25,496 bases of DNA from a candidate division WOR-3 bacterium (GCA_026986235.1 JALSOY010000241.1:1-25496), one strand, 5' to 3'. Positions 11,264-20,614 are shown, counted from the stretch's first letter. Made by a program: numbers and translations. Notes: a model not told the origin generated them from the letters alone.

Positions 11264-11808
11264 TGTCAAGGTACATGCAGGAATACAACGAGAAGATAAG
11301 GCCGAAGTTGATGAAGGAACTGGGATACAAAAATATTCACCAGGTTCCGAAAATTGAAAAGATTGTGATTAATGTGGGTGTGGGCGAAGCTGTTCAGGAT
11401 CCTAAGGTGCTGGATGTTATTGCTGAGGATCTGGCCATGATCACCGGCCAGAAACCTGTGATAAGGAGGGCAAGGAAAGCGGTTGCCGCCTTCCACCTCA
11501 GGAAAGGAATGCCCATAGGTTTAAAGGTTACACTGCGCGGCAGAATGGCTCACGACTTCCTTGATAGACTCATCAACTTTGCCCTGCCCCGCGTGAGAGA
11601 CTTCAGAGGGTTACCAAGAGATTCCTTCGATGGAAGAGGAAACTATAACTTTGGACTTAACGAACACACGGTTTTCCCGGAGATCGACATTGATAAGGTG
11701 AAAAAAGTTTTCGGAATGGATATTGCAATTGTTACAACAGCGGAGACCGATGAGGAGGCAATGAGACTCCTTGAGGAGTTTGGTTTCCCATTTGAGAGGA
11801 GGTCGTAA
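11263..11808 (+). CDS. rplE: 50S ribosomal protein L5
   Basis: [30 protein letters not shown]. Start moved to ATG 11263 (TGATG coupling, SD GAGGTGA upstream). Confidence 0.98.
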   Translation: MSRYMQEYNEKIRPKLMKELGYKNIHQVPKIEKIVINVGVGEAVQDPKVLDVIAEDLAMITGQKPVIRRARKAVAAFHLRKGMPIGLKVTLRGRMAHDFLDRLINFALPRVRDFRGLPRDSFDGRGNYNFGLNEHTVFPEIDIDKVKKVFGMDIAIVTTAETDEEAMRLLEEFGFPFERRS

Positions 11809-11996
11809 TGGCAAGGAAGGCGAAAGTTGTAAAGACATTTATGAAAGAGCCCAAGTTTAAAGTGAGACACAGAAACAGATGCAAAAGATGCGGCAGACCC
11901 CACGGTTACATAAGAAAATTCGGACTCTGTCGTATCTGTTTCAGAGAGCTTGCACTGAGGGGAGAGATCCCCGGTGTTAAAAAGGCAAGCTGGTGA
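11808..11996 (+). CDS. rpsZ: 30S ribosomal protein S14, type Z (Zn-binding)
   Basis: 62 aa, RCKRCGRP...LCRICFRE...PGVKKASW. Confidence 0.98.
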   Translation: MARKAKVVKTFMKEPKFKVRHRNRCKRCGRPHGYIRKFGLCRICFRELALRGEIPGVKKASW

Positions 11997-12008
11997 GGAG
12001 GTTGGAGA

Positions 12009-12407
12009 ATGAATACTGATCCAATTGCCGATATGCTCACCAGAATCAGGAATGCCGTAAGAATCAAGAAAGAGGATGTAATTATCGAGCCGAAATCGAA
12101 GCTAAAGCTCGAGATCCTGAAAATTTTGAAGCGTGAGGGATTTATTGAAGACTACCAGGTCATATCTGAAGAGAAAGGCGGTAAAATCAGGGTGGTTCTT
12201 AAGTACGACGAATATGGTGAACCGGTTATTGAAGACCTGCAGAGAGTTTCTAAACCTTCGAGAAGGATATATGTGAGTTCCGATAGCATCCCCTGGGTTA
12301 AAAACGGTATGGGTATTGCCATTATCTCTACCTCTCAGGGACTCCTCACTGACCGTGAAGCCCGTATGAAAAAAGTCGGTGGCGAGCTCATGCTATTTGT
12401 ATGGTAA
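12009..12407 (+). CDS. rpsH: 30S ribosomal protein S8
   Basis: DPIADMLTRIRN, RVSKPSRRIY, ISTSQG, GGEL. Confidence 0.99.
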   Translation: MNTDPIADMLTRIRNAVRIKKEDVIIEPKSKLKLEILKILKREGFIEDYQVISEEKGGKIRVVLKYDEYGEPVIEDLQRVSKPSRRIYVSSDSIPWVKNGMGIAIISTSQGLLTDREARMKKVGGELMLFVW

Positions 12408-12419
12408 GGAGGTGTAAGA

Positions 12420-12962
12420 ATGTCAAGAATAGGAAAGATGCCCATACAGATTCCAGATGGTGTCACAGTCGAGTATAAAGATGGTTTGATCACCGTTAAA
12501 GGACCGAAAGGCCAGCTGGAGTTCAGACCTCACCCTGACATGATAATCGAAATGAAAGATAAAGAGATTCTCGTAAAAAGGCCGTCTGACAAAAAGTTTC
12601 ACAGAGCACTTCACGGAACCACGAGACAGATTATAAATAACATGATCATCGGGGTAAAAGAAGGATTCAAAAAAGAGCTTGAAGTTCAAGGCACAGGTTA
12701 CAGGGCAAAGATGGAGGGTAAGAATCTCGTTTTGCAGGTCGGTTTTTCTCACGATGTCGTTATAACTCCACCTGAAGGTATTACGGTGAAGGTTGAAGGA
12801 CAGAATAAAATTATCGTAGAAGGGATTGACAAGCAGAAGGTGGGGCAATTTGCTGCCGATGTGAGGGCGGTAAGGCCGCCAGAGCCCTATAAGGGTAAAG
12901 GTATCAGATATGTTGGTGAACATGTTAGAAGGAAAGCAGGAAAAGCCGGCGTTAAAGCGTGA
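12420..12962 (+). CDS. rplF: 50S ribosomal protein L6
   Basis: MSRIGK, GTGYRA, RPPEPYKGKGIRY. Confidence 0.99.
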   Translation: MSRIGKMPIQIPDGVTVEYKDGLITVKGPKGQLEFRPHPDMIIEMKDKEILVKRPSDKKFHRALHGTTRQIINNMIIGVKEGFKKELEVQGTGYRAKMEGKNLVLQVGFSHDVVITPPEGITVKVEGQNKIIVEGIDKQKVGQFAADVRAVRPPEPYKGKGIRYVGEHVRRKAGKAGVKA

Positions 12963-12971
12963 GGTGAGAAT

Positions 12972-13349
12972 ATGAGACCAGAGATTAAGGTTTGGAGAAG
13001 AAAAAGGAGACATTTGCGGGTTAGAAAAAAGGTCAAAGGGACGGAAGAGAGACCCAGACTCGTCGTTTACAAATCCAATAAACATATCTGGGCACAGATC
13101 GTTGTTGATCCCCCTATTGGACCATCCCGTGTGATTACAGGTGCATCTTCCCTTTCTCCCGAGATAAGAGATGCCATAAAGGAGATGAAAGGAAAGATCG
13201 AAAAAGCGAGGGAAGTGGGTAAGCTCATAGCAAAGCGGGCACTTGACAGAGGAATCAAAAAAGTCGCATTTGATCGAGCCGGATACAAGTATCACGGTAG
13301 GATCAAGGCTCTGGCCGACGGAGCCAGGGAAGGCGGCCTCGAATTTTAA
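12972..13349 (+). CDS. rplR: 50S ribosomal protein L18
   Basis: [39 protein letters not shown]. Confidence 0.98.
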   Translation: MRPEIKVWRRKRRHLRVRKKVKGTEERPRLVVYKSNKHIWAQIVVDPPIGPSRVITGASSLSPEIRDAIKEMKGKIEKAREVGKLIAKRALDRGIKKVAFDRAGYKYHGRIKALADGAREGGLEF

Positions 13350-13361
13350 AGGAGTGAAACT

Positions 13362-13940
13362 ATGGCAGAAAGAGGCGTCACAGAACTTACAGAAAGCGTG
13401 GTTGTCTTAAAAAGGGTTACAAAAGTAACAAAAGGTGGTAGAAACTTTAAAATTTCTGCCTGGGTTGTCGTGGGAGACGGACAGGGTAGAGTGGGGATAG
13501 GTCACGGAAAAGCGCAGGAAACACCCGAGGCGATACAGAAGGCAACGAGGAAAGCAAGGAAGAATCTCGTCAAAGTACCCATTCTGAACGGTACACTTCC
13601 ACACGAGGTTATAGGTCGTGAGGGTGCAAGCAAGATACTCCTTAAGCCGGCAGCTCCCGGTACGGGAATCATTGCATCCCAGCCTGTCCGTGCCATCCTC
13701 GAGGCAGCGGGTTACGAAAACGCTCTGACAAAATCCCTCGGTTCAAACAATTCCATAAACATGCTCAAGGCTACCCTGAATGGACTTCTAAAACTCAAGA
13801 ATCCTGAAAGAGTTGCCAGGGTAAGGGGTGTACCATTGAGAAGAATTTTAAGGAGGTATGGCCGTGAAAGAAAGGTACTTGAGGATCACACTGGTGAGGA
13901 GCAGAATAGACCAGAACAAGAAGGCCAAGAGAACTCTTGA
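13362..13940 (+). CDS. rpsE: 30S ribosomal protein S5 (C-terminal tail overlaps rpmD)
   Basis: [31 protein letters not shown]. Confidence 0.97.
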   Translation: MAERGVTELTESVVVLKRVTKVTKGGRNFKISAWVVVGDGQGRVGIGHGKAQETPEAIQKATRKARKNLVKVPILNGTLPHEVIGREGASKILLKPAAPGTGIIASQPVRAILEAAGYENALTKSLGSNNSINMLKATLNGLLKLKNPERVARVRGVPLRRILRRYGRERKVLEDHTGEEQNRPEQEGQENS

Positions 13941-14061
13941 TGCTCTGGGTTTGAGAAAACTTAACAGGTCCACTGTTAAAAAGGACACTCCCCAGATCAG
14001 GGGTATGATTGAGGTTGTAAAGCATCTTGTGAAAGTCGAAGAGATAGAAAAGGAGGAATAA
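13864..14061 (+). CDS. rpmD: 50S ribosomal protein L30
   Basis: LRITLVRS...TLDALGLRK...IRGMI..VKHLV. GTG at 13864 lies 7 nt after SD AGGAGG (13851-13856); ATG 13858 is too close to the SD. Confidence 0.95.
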   Translation: MKERYLRITLVRSRIDQNKKAKRTLDALGLRKLNRSTVKKDTPQIRGMIEVVKHLVKVEEIEKEE

Positions 14062-14064
14062 ACG

Positions 14065-14529
14065 ATGTTTGACCTTTCCAACCTGGCACCTGCAAATGGT
14101 GCAGTTAAAGAGAAAAAGAGGAAGGGCAGGGGTCCGGGATCAGGACTCGGAAAGACTGCCGGATACGGTCACAAGGGCCAGAAATCGCGCTCCGGAGGTG
14201 CAAAGCCCAGATGGTTTGAGGGTGGTCAGATGCCCCTCTACAGAAGACTGCCCAAGAGGGGTTTTTCCAACTATCCTTTTAAGGTCGTTTATCAGGTGGT
14301 CAACCTTGATAAGTTAGAGGCCAAATTTGAGGCGGGTGAGAGGGTTACCAGAGAAGAGCTTGAAAAGAGGAGGCTCATTCGCTCAGCTAAAAAGCCGGTT
14401 AAGATCCTTGCCCGGGGTGAGATCACCAAGGCACTGGAAGTGGAAGTAGATGCCGTTAGCGAAAAAGCAAAGGAGAAGATTGAAAAGGCAGGTGGTAAAG
14501 TCATTTTACCCGAAGCAAAAGAGGAATAA
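14065..14529 (+). CDS. rplO: 50S ribosomal protein L15
   Basis: RKGRGPGSGLGKTAG.GHKGQKSRSG, FEGGQMPL.RRLPKRGF. Confidence 0.99.
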   Translation: MFDLSNLAPANGAVKEKKRKGRGPGSGLGKTAGYGHKGQKSRSGGAKPRWFEGGQMPLYRRLPKRGFSNYPFKVVYQVVNLDKLEAKFEAGERVTREELEKRRLIRSAKKPVKILARGEITKALEVEVDAVSEKAKEKIEKAGGKVILPEAKEE

Positions 14530-14532
14530 GGA

Positions 14533-15843
14533 ATGCTTCAAAGTGTTGGAAACATAGTAAAAATCAGTGACCTGAGAAAGAAGATAATCTACACACTCCT
14601 GATCATCTTCGTCTATCGAATTGGAACTCATATTCCCCTACCCGGTGTTGACGCAAGGGCACTCGGTGAATTCTTCAACCAGCTGAGAGGCACCGTTTTT
14701 GGGTTATACGACATCTTCGTTGGTGGCGCCCTCTCGAGAGCCGCCATTTTTGGGGTCGGGATCATGCCCTACATCTCCGCTTCGATCGTCATACAGCTCC
14801 TGACGACCGCCTGGCCCTATCTTGAAAGACTCCAGAAAGAAGGCGAACACGGAAGGAGGAAGATCAACCAGTACACCCGCTACCTTACCATACTCATTGC
14901 AGGTATTCAGGCCTTTGGCGTATCCATTTTTCTCCAGAGGCTCACAAGTCCCACGGGTGCACCTGTTGTCCCCAACCCTGGCCCGGGATTTATATTCCTG
15001 ACAGTTATTTCCCTTGCCGCCGGCTCCATCTTCCTCATGTGGCTCGGCGAACAGATCACGGACTTCGGAATAGGTAACGGAATCTCCATCATAATATTCG
15101 CCGGCACGCTGGACTCCGTCCCCAACGAGATAATGAATACCATCAGACTCCTGAAGAGTGGTGGTATTTCTCCGATAACCCTTCTTTTCGTATTCATTGT
15201 GATGCTGGGTGTAACTGCTGCTGTTGTGGCCGTTACCGAAGCCCAGAGAAGAATACCCATACAGTATGCAAAGAGGGTCGTTGGTAGAAGGGTTTATGGT
15301 GGCCAGTCGTCATATCTGCCCCTGACAGTCAACACCGCAGGCGTGATCCCCATCATTTTTGCCCAGGCTTTATTGATGTTTCCAAATACTGTTACGACAT
15401 TCGTTTCTGCCCCCTGGGCTCAGAACTTTACCAACTGGTTTAGACCCGGAAATCTCATTTATGACCTGATTTATGCCGCTCTTATAATCTTCTTTGCATA
15501 CTACTATACAGCTGTTGTTATGAATCCAAAGGACCTTGCCGATAATCTCCAGAGATACTCAGGATTTATTCCCGGTGTTAGACCGGGACCCAAAACTGCA
15601 GAGTATATCGACACAATAATGACGAGGATTCTCCTGCCCGGAGCTGTTTTCTTCGCAATAATCGCCATTCTTCCCTGGTACCTCATTAGGTGGACGAACA
15701 TACCGTTTTACTTCGGTGGAACAAGACTCCTGATAATAGTTGGTGTTGCCCTTGAGATCATGCAGAAGATTGAGGCCCAGCTTATAATGAGGCAGTACGA
15801 AGGCCTTTTGAAGAAGGGGAGATTGAGAGGATGGCGGTTCTGA
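14533..15843 (+). CDS. secY: Preprotein translocase subunit SecY
   Basis: GIMPYISASI, WLGEQIT..GIGNGIS, RRIPIQY, GVIPIIFA, FIPGVRPG, GGTRLLIIVGV. Confidence 0.99.
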   Translation: MLQSVGNIVKISDLRKKIIYTLLIIFVYRIGTHIPLPGVDARALGEFFNQLRGTVFGLYDIFVGGALSRAAIFGVGIMPYISASIVIQLLTTAWPYLERLQKEGEHGRRKINQYTRYLTILIAGIQAFGVSIFLQRLTSPTGAPVVPNPGPGFIFLTVISLAAGSIFLMWLGEQITDFGIGNGISIIIFAGTLDSVPNEIMNTIRLLKSGGISPITLLFVFIVMLGVTAAVVAVTEAQRRIPIQYAKRVVGRRVYGGQSSYLPLTVNTAGVIPIIFAQALLMFPNTVTTFVSAPWAQNFTNWFRPGNLIYDLIYAALIIFFAYYYTAVVMNPKDLADNLQRYSGFIPGVRPGPKTAEYIDTIMTRILLPGAVFFAIIAILPWYLIRWTNIPFYFGGTRLLIIVGVALEIMQKIEAQLIMRQYEGLLKKGRLRGWRF

Positions 15844-16478
15844 ACTTTATCTTCCTCGGACCTCCTGGTGCCGGTAAAGGCACTCAAGCGGAAATAATTG
15901 CAAAAAAGCATGGACTTGTCAAAATTTCTACGGGTGACATTCTCCGTGAGGCCGTAAAAAACGGGACAGAACTCGGAAAGATCGCCGATGGTTACATGAA
16001 AAAAGGTGAGCTTGTTCCGGACGAAATAATGCTTGGACTCATTGAAGAGCAGCTTGAAAAGATTGACAGAGGATTTATCCTCGACGGTTTCCCCCGGACC
16101 GTGAAACAGGCAGTGGGCCTGGATGAACTCCTCGCCAGAAAAAGGCTTCCCCTGAAGGCCGTTATACTCCTTGATGTTCCGGACGAGGAGATCGTAAAAA
16201 GACTCAGTGCCAGAAGGATATGCCCAAACTGTGGCGCTGTTTATAACATGATTTACAATCCTCCACGGAATGACGAAATCTGTGATGTCTGTGGGACGAA
16301 GCTCGTTCAACGAAAGGACGACAACCCTGAAACCATCAGGAGAAGACTGGATGTTTACAGAGAACGGACGGCACCTCTGATTGGATACTATAGAGAAAAA
16401 GGGTTACTCGTGGAGGTTGACGGAACGGGAGATCCGGAAAAGATCACCAGTGCCATCGAGGAAGTGATTTTTGGATGA
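15831..16478 (+). CDS. adk: Adenylate kinase (Zn-LID type)
   Basis: GPPGAGKGTQA, STGDILR, LVPDE, LDGFPRT, LID CPNC...CDVC, RKDD. Confidence 0.99.
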   Translation: MAVLNFIFLGPPGAGKGTQAEIIAKKHGLVKISTGDILREAVKNGTELGKIADGYMKKGELVPDEIMLGLIEEQLEKIDRGFILDGFPRTVKQAVGLDELLARKRLPLKAVILLDVPDEEIVKRLSARRICPNCGAVYNMIYNPPRNDEICDVCGTKLVQRKDDNPETIRRRLDVYRERTAPLIGYYREKGLLVEVDGTGDPEKITSAIEEVIFG

Positions 16479-17221
16479 TCATCATAAAGACGGATGAGGA
16501 AATAGAAGGAATTAGGAAAGCCTCCCGGATCGTTGCAGAGGTTCTTCAATTTGCACGGGAAATTGTAGTTCCTGGTATTACCACCAGAGAAGTTGACGAG
16601 AAGATCCGTGAGTTTATAGAGAGCAAGGGAGGGCGTCCTGCCTTCCTGGGTTACAGAGGATTTCCTGCCTCAAGTTGTATCTCTCTCAACGACGAAGTGG
16701 TACATGGAATCCCGGGAAGTAGAAGGATAAAGGAAGGTGATCTCGTTAAAGTTGATGTGGGAGTCGTTTACAACGGCTACATAGGGGATGCAGCAATTAC
16801 GATCGTAGTAGGTGAGGTCTCGCCCTCGGTGAAAAAGCTTGTTGAAACCACGGAAAAGGCTCTTTACCGTGGAATTGAAAAGGCCGTTCCGGGGAACCGC
16901 CTTTCCGATATATCACACGCTATCCAGAAAACTGCGGAAGAAGCTGGATTTTCCGTGGTGAGAGACCTTGGAGGTCATGGTGTGGGTTTGAAACTTCACG
17001 AGGAGCCTTTTGTTCCAAATTATGGTCCTCCGGGTAGGGGACCTCTATTGAAAAGGGGGATGACCCTGGCACTTGAACCTATGGTCAACATGGGTCGTCC
17101 TCATGTTAAGACGAAAAAGGATGGATGGACTGTTGTTACAAAGGACGGGTCTCTTTCTGCCCACTTTGAGCATACCATAGCGATACTTGACAATGGTCCG
17201 GAAATCCTTACAAAAATATAA
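16475..17221 (+). CDS. map: Methionine aminopeptidase type I
   Basis: SLNDEVVHGIP, DVG, GDAA, GHGVG..LHEEP, EPM, AHFEHT. Confidence 0.99.
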   Translation: MIIIKTDEEIEGIRKASRIVAEVLQFAREIVVPGITTREVDEKIREFIESKGGRPAFLGYRGFPASSCISLNDEVVHGIPGSRRIKEGDLVKVDVGVVYNGYIGDAAITIVVGEVSPSVKKLVETTEKALYRGIEKAVPGNRLSDISHAIQKTAEEAGFSVVRDLGGHGVGLKLHEEPFVPNYGPPGRGPLLKRGMTLALEPMVNMGRPHVKTKKDGWTVVTKDGSLSAHFEHTIAILDNGPEILTKI

Positions 17222-17235
17222 ACTGAAGGAAAGCC

Positions 17236-17457
17236 ATGGCGAAGAAAAAGAATGTAATAAGGGTTGAAGGAACGGTAAAAGAGGTTTTGCCCAACGCGAT
17301 GTTTCGCGTTGAGCTGGAGAACGGGCATGTGATACTTGCGCATGTTTCTGGTAAGATGAGGATGCACTTTATTAGAATACTCCCGGGAGACAGGGTTACA
17401 GTGGAGCTTTCCCCCTACGACCTGACGAGAGGAAGGATAGTTTACAGGTATAAGTGA
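17236..17457 (+). CDS. infA: Translation initiation factor IF-1
   Basis: [40 protein letters not shown]. Confidence 0.99.
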   Translation: MAKKKNVIRVEGTVKEVLPNAMFRVELENGHVILAHVSGKMRMHFIRILPGDRVTVELSPYDLTRGRIVYRYK

Positions 17458-17463
17458 GCGGGG

Positions 17464-19821
17464 TTAAGGAATTATTTTTATATCTAGTACATGGTCAGTG
17501 ATATCTATTATATCGTAGATAATGTTTCTTATTTTATCACAATTATGTTGTCCATATAGCGTCAGTTTTAAATCACTTTTCCCGAGATAAATTTTTGTTT
17601 TGCCGAATTTATTGAGGTAACTTTTTACTCTTTTAATGTCCCAGTAGGAGTTTGCTCCTTTTGAGAATCTTATAAGTATTTCTGGGGATTCTATTGATAT
17701 TTTGTCTGACACACTATTGCCAATAAAGATTCCAGATTCACTGTAAACCACAGGGTTTTTTAAAGTGACGCCGCAATTCATTTGTGAATATATGTTATAA
17801 AGAAGCCGGGATAGACATTCATAGTTTATCTGTTTTTTGGGTTCCAGCAAAATCAATAAATCAAAGGAGTACCAATCCAAAGAACCGAGAATAATGTAAT
17901 TTACATTTTTAATAACTCCATAGTATTTTTGTTTTATTTTATTCTCTATTCTTTTCAAGTTTTCTTGAAACGAAGATAATTGACATTTTTGTTCAAAAGA
18001 GAGTTTAGAAAATATCAGAATTTTATTAGATATAAATTCATCAAAATTAGCAGAATCTAAATCAAAATCTTTAGCTAAAATTACAAAAAAGTTCTCCCAT
18101 GAAAAGTTTTTCAGCATATAATTTTCATTGATATCATACAAAAAGTTCTTTAAAGCATTAGAGTTGTTTGATAAATAACTAATGTTAAGGTCATATAAAT
18201 TTGTATATAAATGCTTAATATTGATATTGATAAAATCTTCACAATTGATAACAAAATTGGTAAGATGATCTTTTAAATTACCAGGATACATTTTTCCTTT
18301 TTTATCAAATCTATGCTTATATGTTAAAACCTTTAGGATTTCTACTGATTTTATCTGAGATCCATTTCCTTTATAATCGGCTCTTGAGAGATAATATATT
18401 AACAGGGAATTTTCTAAAATATTAAGTAGTTCATATTCAAATAGGATATCTTGTTTGTTACCGCTATTCTCCATTTTTAGAAGATTATTTGAAATCTTAT
18501 GATAAGTATCTAAAAAATTTTTGTAGGCAAAGAAGTTTTGACATTTTGCGTGATCGTTTTCTTTGCAATAATTTCCAAAATCTGTAAACGGTTTAATAAT
18601 CTTATAAAAGTTTTTATCATTCAGGACAGAAATCCAGCTGCTAGTAATATATTCATGTATTGTATCCATGAGTTGATAAAAGATTCTTCCTTTAGTCCCA
18701 AGGAAAAAATTTATATGAATTTCTTTGAATTTTTGAATGATATGTTTAAATAAATCAAGGTATTCCATAGAGCCGTTTTGATCAAGCATGTTAATTACAG
18801 ACGACAATCTCAAATACCAAGATGGGTAATTTGAATCCAAGTCAGATAATTCATAGCTATCCATGTTTTGGTCATACATAAAAAGTTTTACAAATACAGG
18901 TATAAAGTAAAAAATACCGAAGGAAGAAGAAAGTAGGAAGTCAATTAGTATGTCAAGTAATAGAGGGGTAGGATTTAACAATTCATTTAAAGGAAAATTT
19001 GAGTAATTAAAAATTTTGTAAATATTCATAATCATAGTCGATAAGTAGTTATTTAAAACCAAACATTCTGGATTTTCTTTAGCATTTTTTAAACAAGAAC
19101 CGAGAGCTGAGTGTAAAATTTCATGGTAAAAAACCATCCATTGAGAATACTGATATTGTGTAAAAAAATCACTACTTATCTTTAAAATTTTTTCTTGTTT
19201 AGGAGGATTATCAACTCCTATTATTTCTGTTTCAATTTCATTGTTAAAAGCCCAATAGAATATGTAATCTTTCGGTATGGTTTTTAATATGTATGAATCC
19301 TTTCTGACATTTTCTTCAATATATTTCCCAAATTCATCAAGTAGACGATGTATATAAATGTAAGCCATGTGAACTTCCCTAAAGGAAGGTAATTTAGGTT
19401 CAGTAAAATAGGTAGGATAAGCATTTACCAAACTTGTTAATTTCCTTTGTAGAAAATTAAATGTATTAAGGCATCTTCTGATACCTGTTGTTGTTTCAAA
19501 GAAATTCTGAAAGTATAATACCCAAAAGGGCAAGAAGTCATTGGAAATTTTTTGGGAATTTGTCAATTCAGAAGAATACCTCTTAAGGTCATTGATCTTT
19601 TTGTTTATTCGGCTTAGGTTTTTTTCCATATTTTTTAGTGCAGAAGAGTATAAGAGGTTAAATTCTTCCTCAAGTTTAAGGTATTCCTTAGAATCTGTGG
19701 AATCTTCTCTATAAAAATTGGTTAGCTTTCTGACGAAGTTAAATTCGTCGTTAAGTAATTTCCACCGGGAAAAAAGATCATAGTTTAACAAATTAAGGAT
19801 AAATTTTATGTCCTTTTCCAT
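17464..19821 (-). CDS. Hypothetical 785-aa protein: HExxH zinc-metallopeptidase-like domain plus probable C-terminal Lrp/AsnC-like (ferredoxin-fold) modules
   Basis: Long ORF. Start reassigned to ATG 19821 after SD AAGGAGG (MEKDIKF). HEILH at 19111-19125, DILIDFLL..FG.FY, YPSWYLRL. C-terminal G/DxxD-hydrophobic strands. Confidence in the ORF is high; the domain calls are lower. Confidence 0.7.
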   Translation of the reverse strand: MEKDIKFILNLLNYDLFSRWKLLNDEFNFVRKLTNFYREDSTDSKEYLKLEEEFNLLYSSALKNMEKNLSRINKKINDLKRYSSELTNSQKISNDFLPFWVLYFQNFFETTTGIRRCLNTFNFLQRKLTSLVNAYPTYFTEPKLPSFREVHMAYIYIHRLLDEFGKYIEENVRKDSYILKTIPKDYIFYWAFNNEIETEIIGVDNPPKQEKILKISSDFFTQYQYSQWMVFYHEILHSALGSCLKNAKENPECLVLNNYLSTMIMNIYKIFNYSNFPLNELLNPTPLLLDILIDFLLSSSFGIFYFIPVFVKLFMYDQNMDSYELSDLDSNYPSWYLRLSSVINMLDQNGSMEYLDLFKHIIQKFKEIHINFFLGTKGRIFYQLMDTIHEYITSSWISVLNDKNFYKIIKPFTDFGNYCKENDHAKCQNFFAYKNFLDTYHKISNNLLKMENSGNKQDILFEYELLNILENSLLIYYLSRADYKGNGSQIKSVEILKVLTYKHRFDKKGKMYPGNLKDHLTNFVINCEDFININIKHLYTNLYDLNISYLSNNSNALKNFLYDINENYMLKNFSWENFFVILAKDFDLDSANFDEFISNKILIFSKLSFEQKCQLSSFQENLKRIENKIKQKYYGVIKNVNYIILGSLDWYSFDLLILLEPKKQINYECLSRLLYNIYSQMNCGVTLKNPVVYSESGIFIGNSVSDKISIESPEILIRFSKGANSYWDIKRVKSYLNKFGKTKIYLGKSDLKLTLYGQHNCDKIRNIIYDIIDITDHVLDIKIIP

Positions 19822-19834
19822 AAATTCCTCCTTT

Positions 19835-20614
19835 TTAAATAGGGAGTAATCTTTTAATACCAATCCAAATTTCAGGTTTTATCCCGTTTTCTAAGACATA
19901 CCTCAGTATATCTCTATAGGAATAAACAAAACTTTTTTGCTGTTGTTGACCCAATGAGTCCAATAATTCTGTTACCATTGAACGGTAAGTTGAGAAGTAT
20001 CTATTAATAATGTAAAGTTTTGTACTTGAGATCATTATGACAATCAATACATAAAACAAGAATTCGAAATTTTTTATCCCGATAATAGTTAAAATAATTG
20101 TAAGGAATACTTCTGGAAACCAGAGAATACTCACAGGATGATTGTTTAGGAAAATCGATAAAACGATAAGTTCCCCAAGTTTAGATAATATGTGTAAATT
20201 TCCAAGTAAAAATTCCCCTGTTCTATTGGTTGGATAACGAAAGATTTCAAAGGATTTTGTGCGTTCTAATCCAAAATTCAGAGGCAGGATAAATTTTGGG
20301 TTGAATTTAACAATCAAAAAATCTTTGTATTTATCTGAAGAGATGGTTATTTTAGGATATAAGACATACAGATAAATGAAATAAATTAAAACAAATATTA
20401 GTGACAATACCTTAAATAAAGCATCATTAGATACAACAAATACAGAGTAAGAAGCAGATAAAATCACAAAAGTGTTATGTTTATTAAGATCAGTTATAAT
20501 TTCGTATAAAGAAATCATATCTGATTTTTTATAAAATCTTCTAAGCGTAAAATACAAAGAAATTGAGAACAAAATAATCAATCCTATTGATAAAACAACC
20601 CTCTCCATCCCCAT
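19835..20614 (-). CDS. Hypothetical integral membrane protein (~5-6 TM)
   Basis: 259 aa with hydrophobic segments (VVLSIGLIILFSISLYFTL, ALFKVLSLIFVLIYFIYLYVLY, VFLTIILTIIGI, FLFYVLIVIMISS). Its stop abuts the SD of the next gene. Confidence 0.75.
   Translation of the reverse strand: MGMERVVLSIGLIILFSISLYFTLRRFYKKSDMISLYEIITDLNKHNTFVILSASYSVFVVSNDALFKVLSLIFVLIYFIYLYVLYPKITISSDKYKDFLIVKFNPKFILPLNFGLERTKSFEIFRYPTNRTGEFLLGNLHILSKLGELIVLSIFLNNHPVSILWFPEVFLTIILTIIGIKNFEFLFYVLIVIMISSTKLYIINRYFSTYRSMVTELLDSLGQQQQKSFVYSYRDILRYVLENGIKPEIWIGIKRLLPI

Noticed and set aside
12423-13295. 290-aa antisense ORF, and the many other alternative-frame ORFs over the ribosomal operon
   Set aside because: They lie opposite or inside unambiguous conserved genes, with no recognisable motifs or SD sites; these are shadow ORFs.
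17458-17480. Search for att sites or target-site duplications at the island edges
   Set aside because: Only a weak GG(G/A)GTTAA inverted similarity to 20921-20930; no convincing repeat and no recombinase, so it is not called a mobile element.
19822-19863. ORF-track starts for the 799-aa, 337-aa (22034) and 653-aa (25270) ORFs
   Set aside because: Downstream ATGs (19821, 21974, 25243) have strong SD sites and/or give proper signal peptides; the longer starts lack these.
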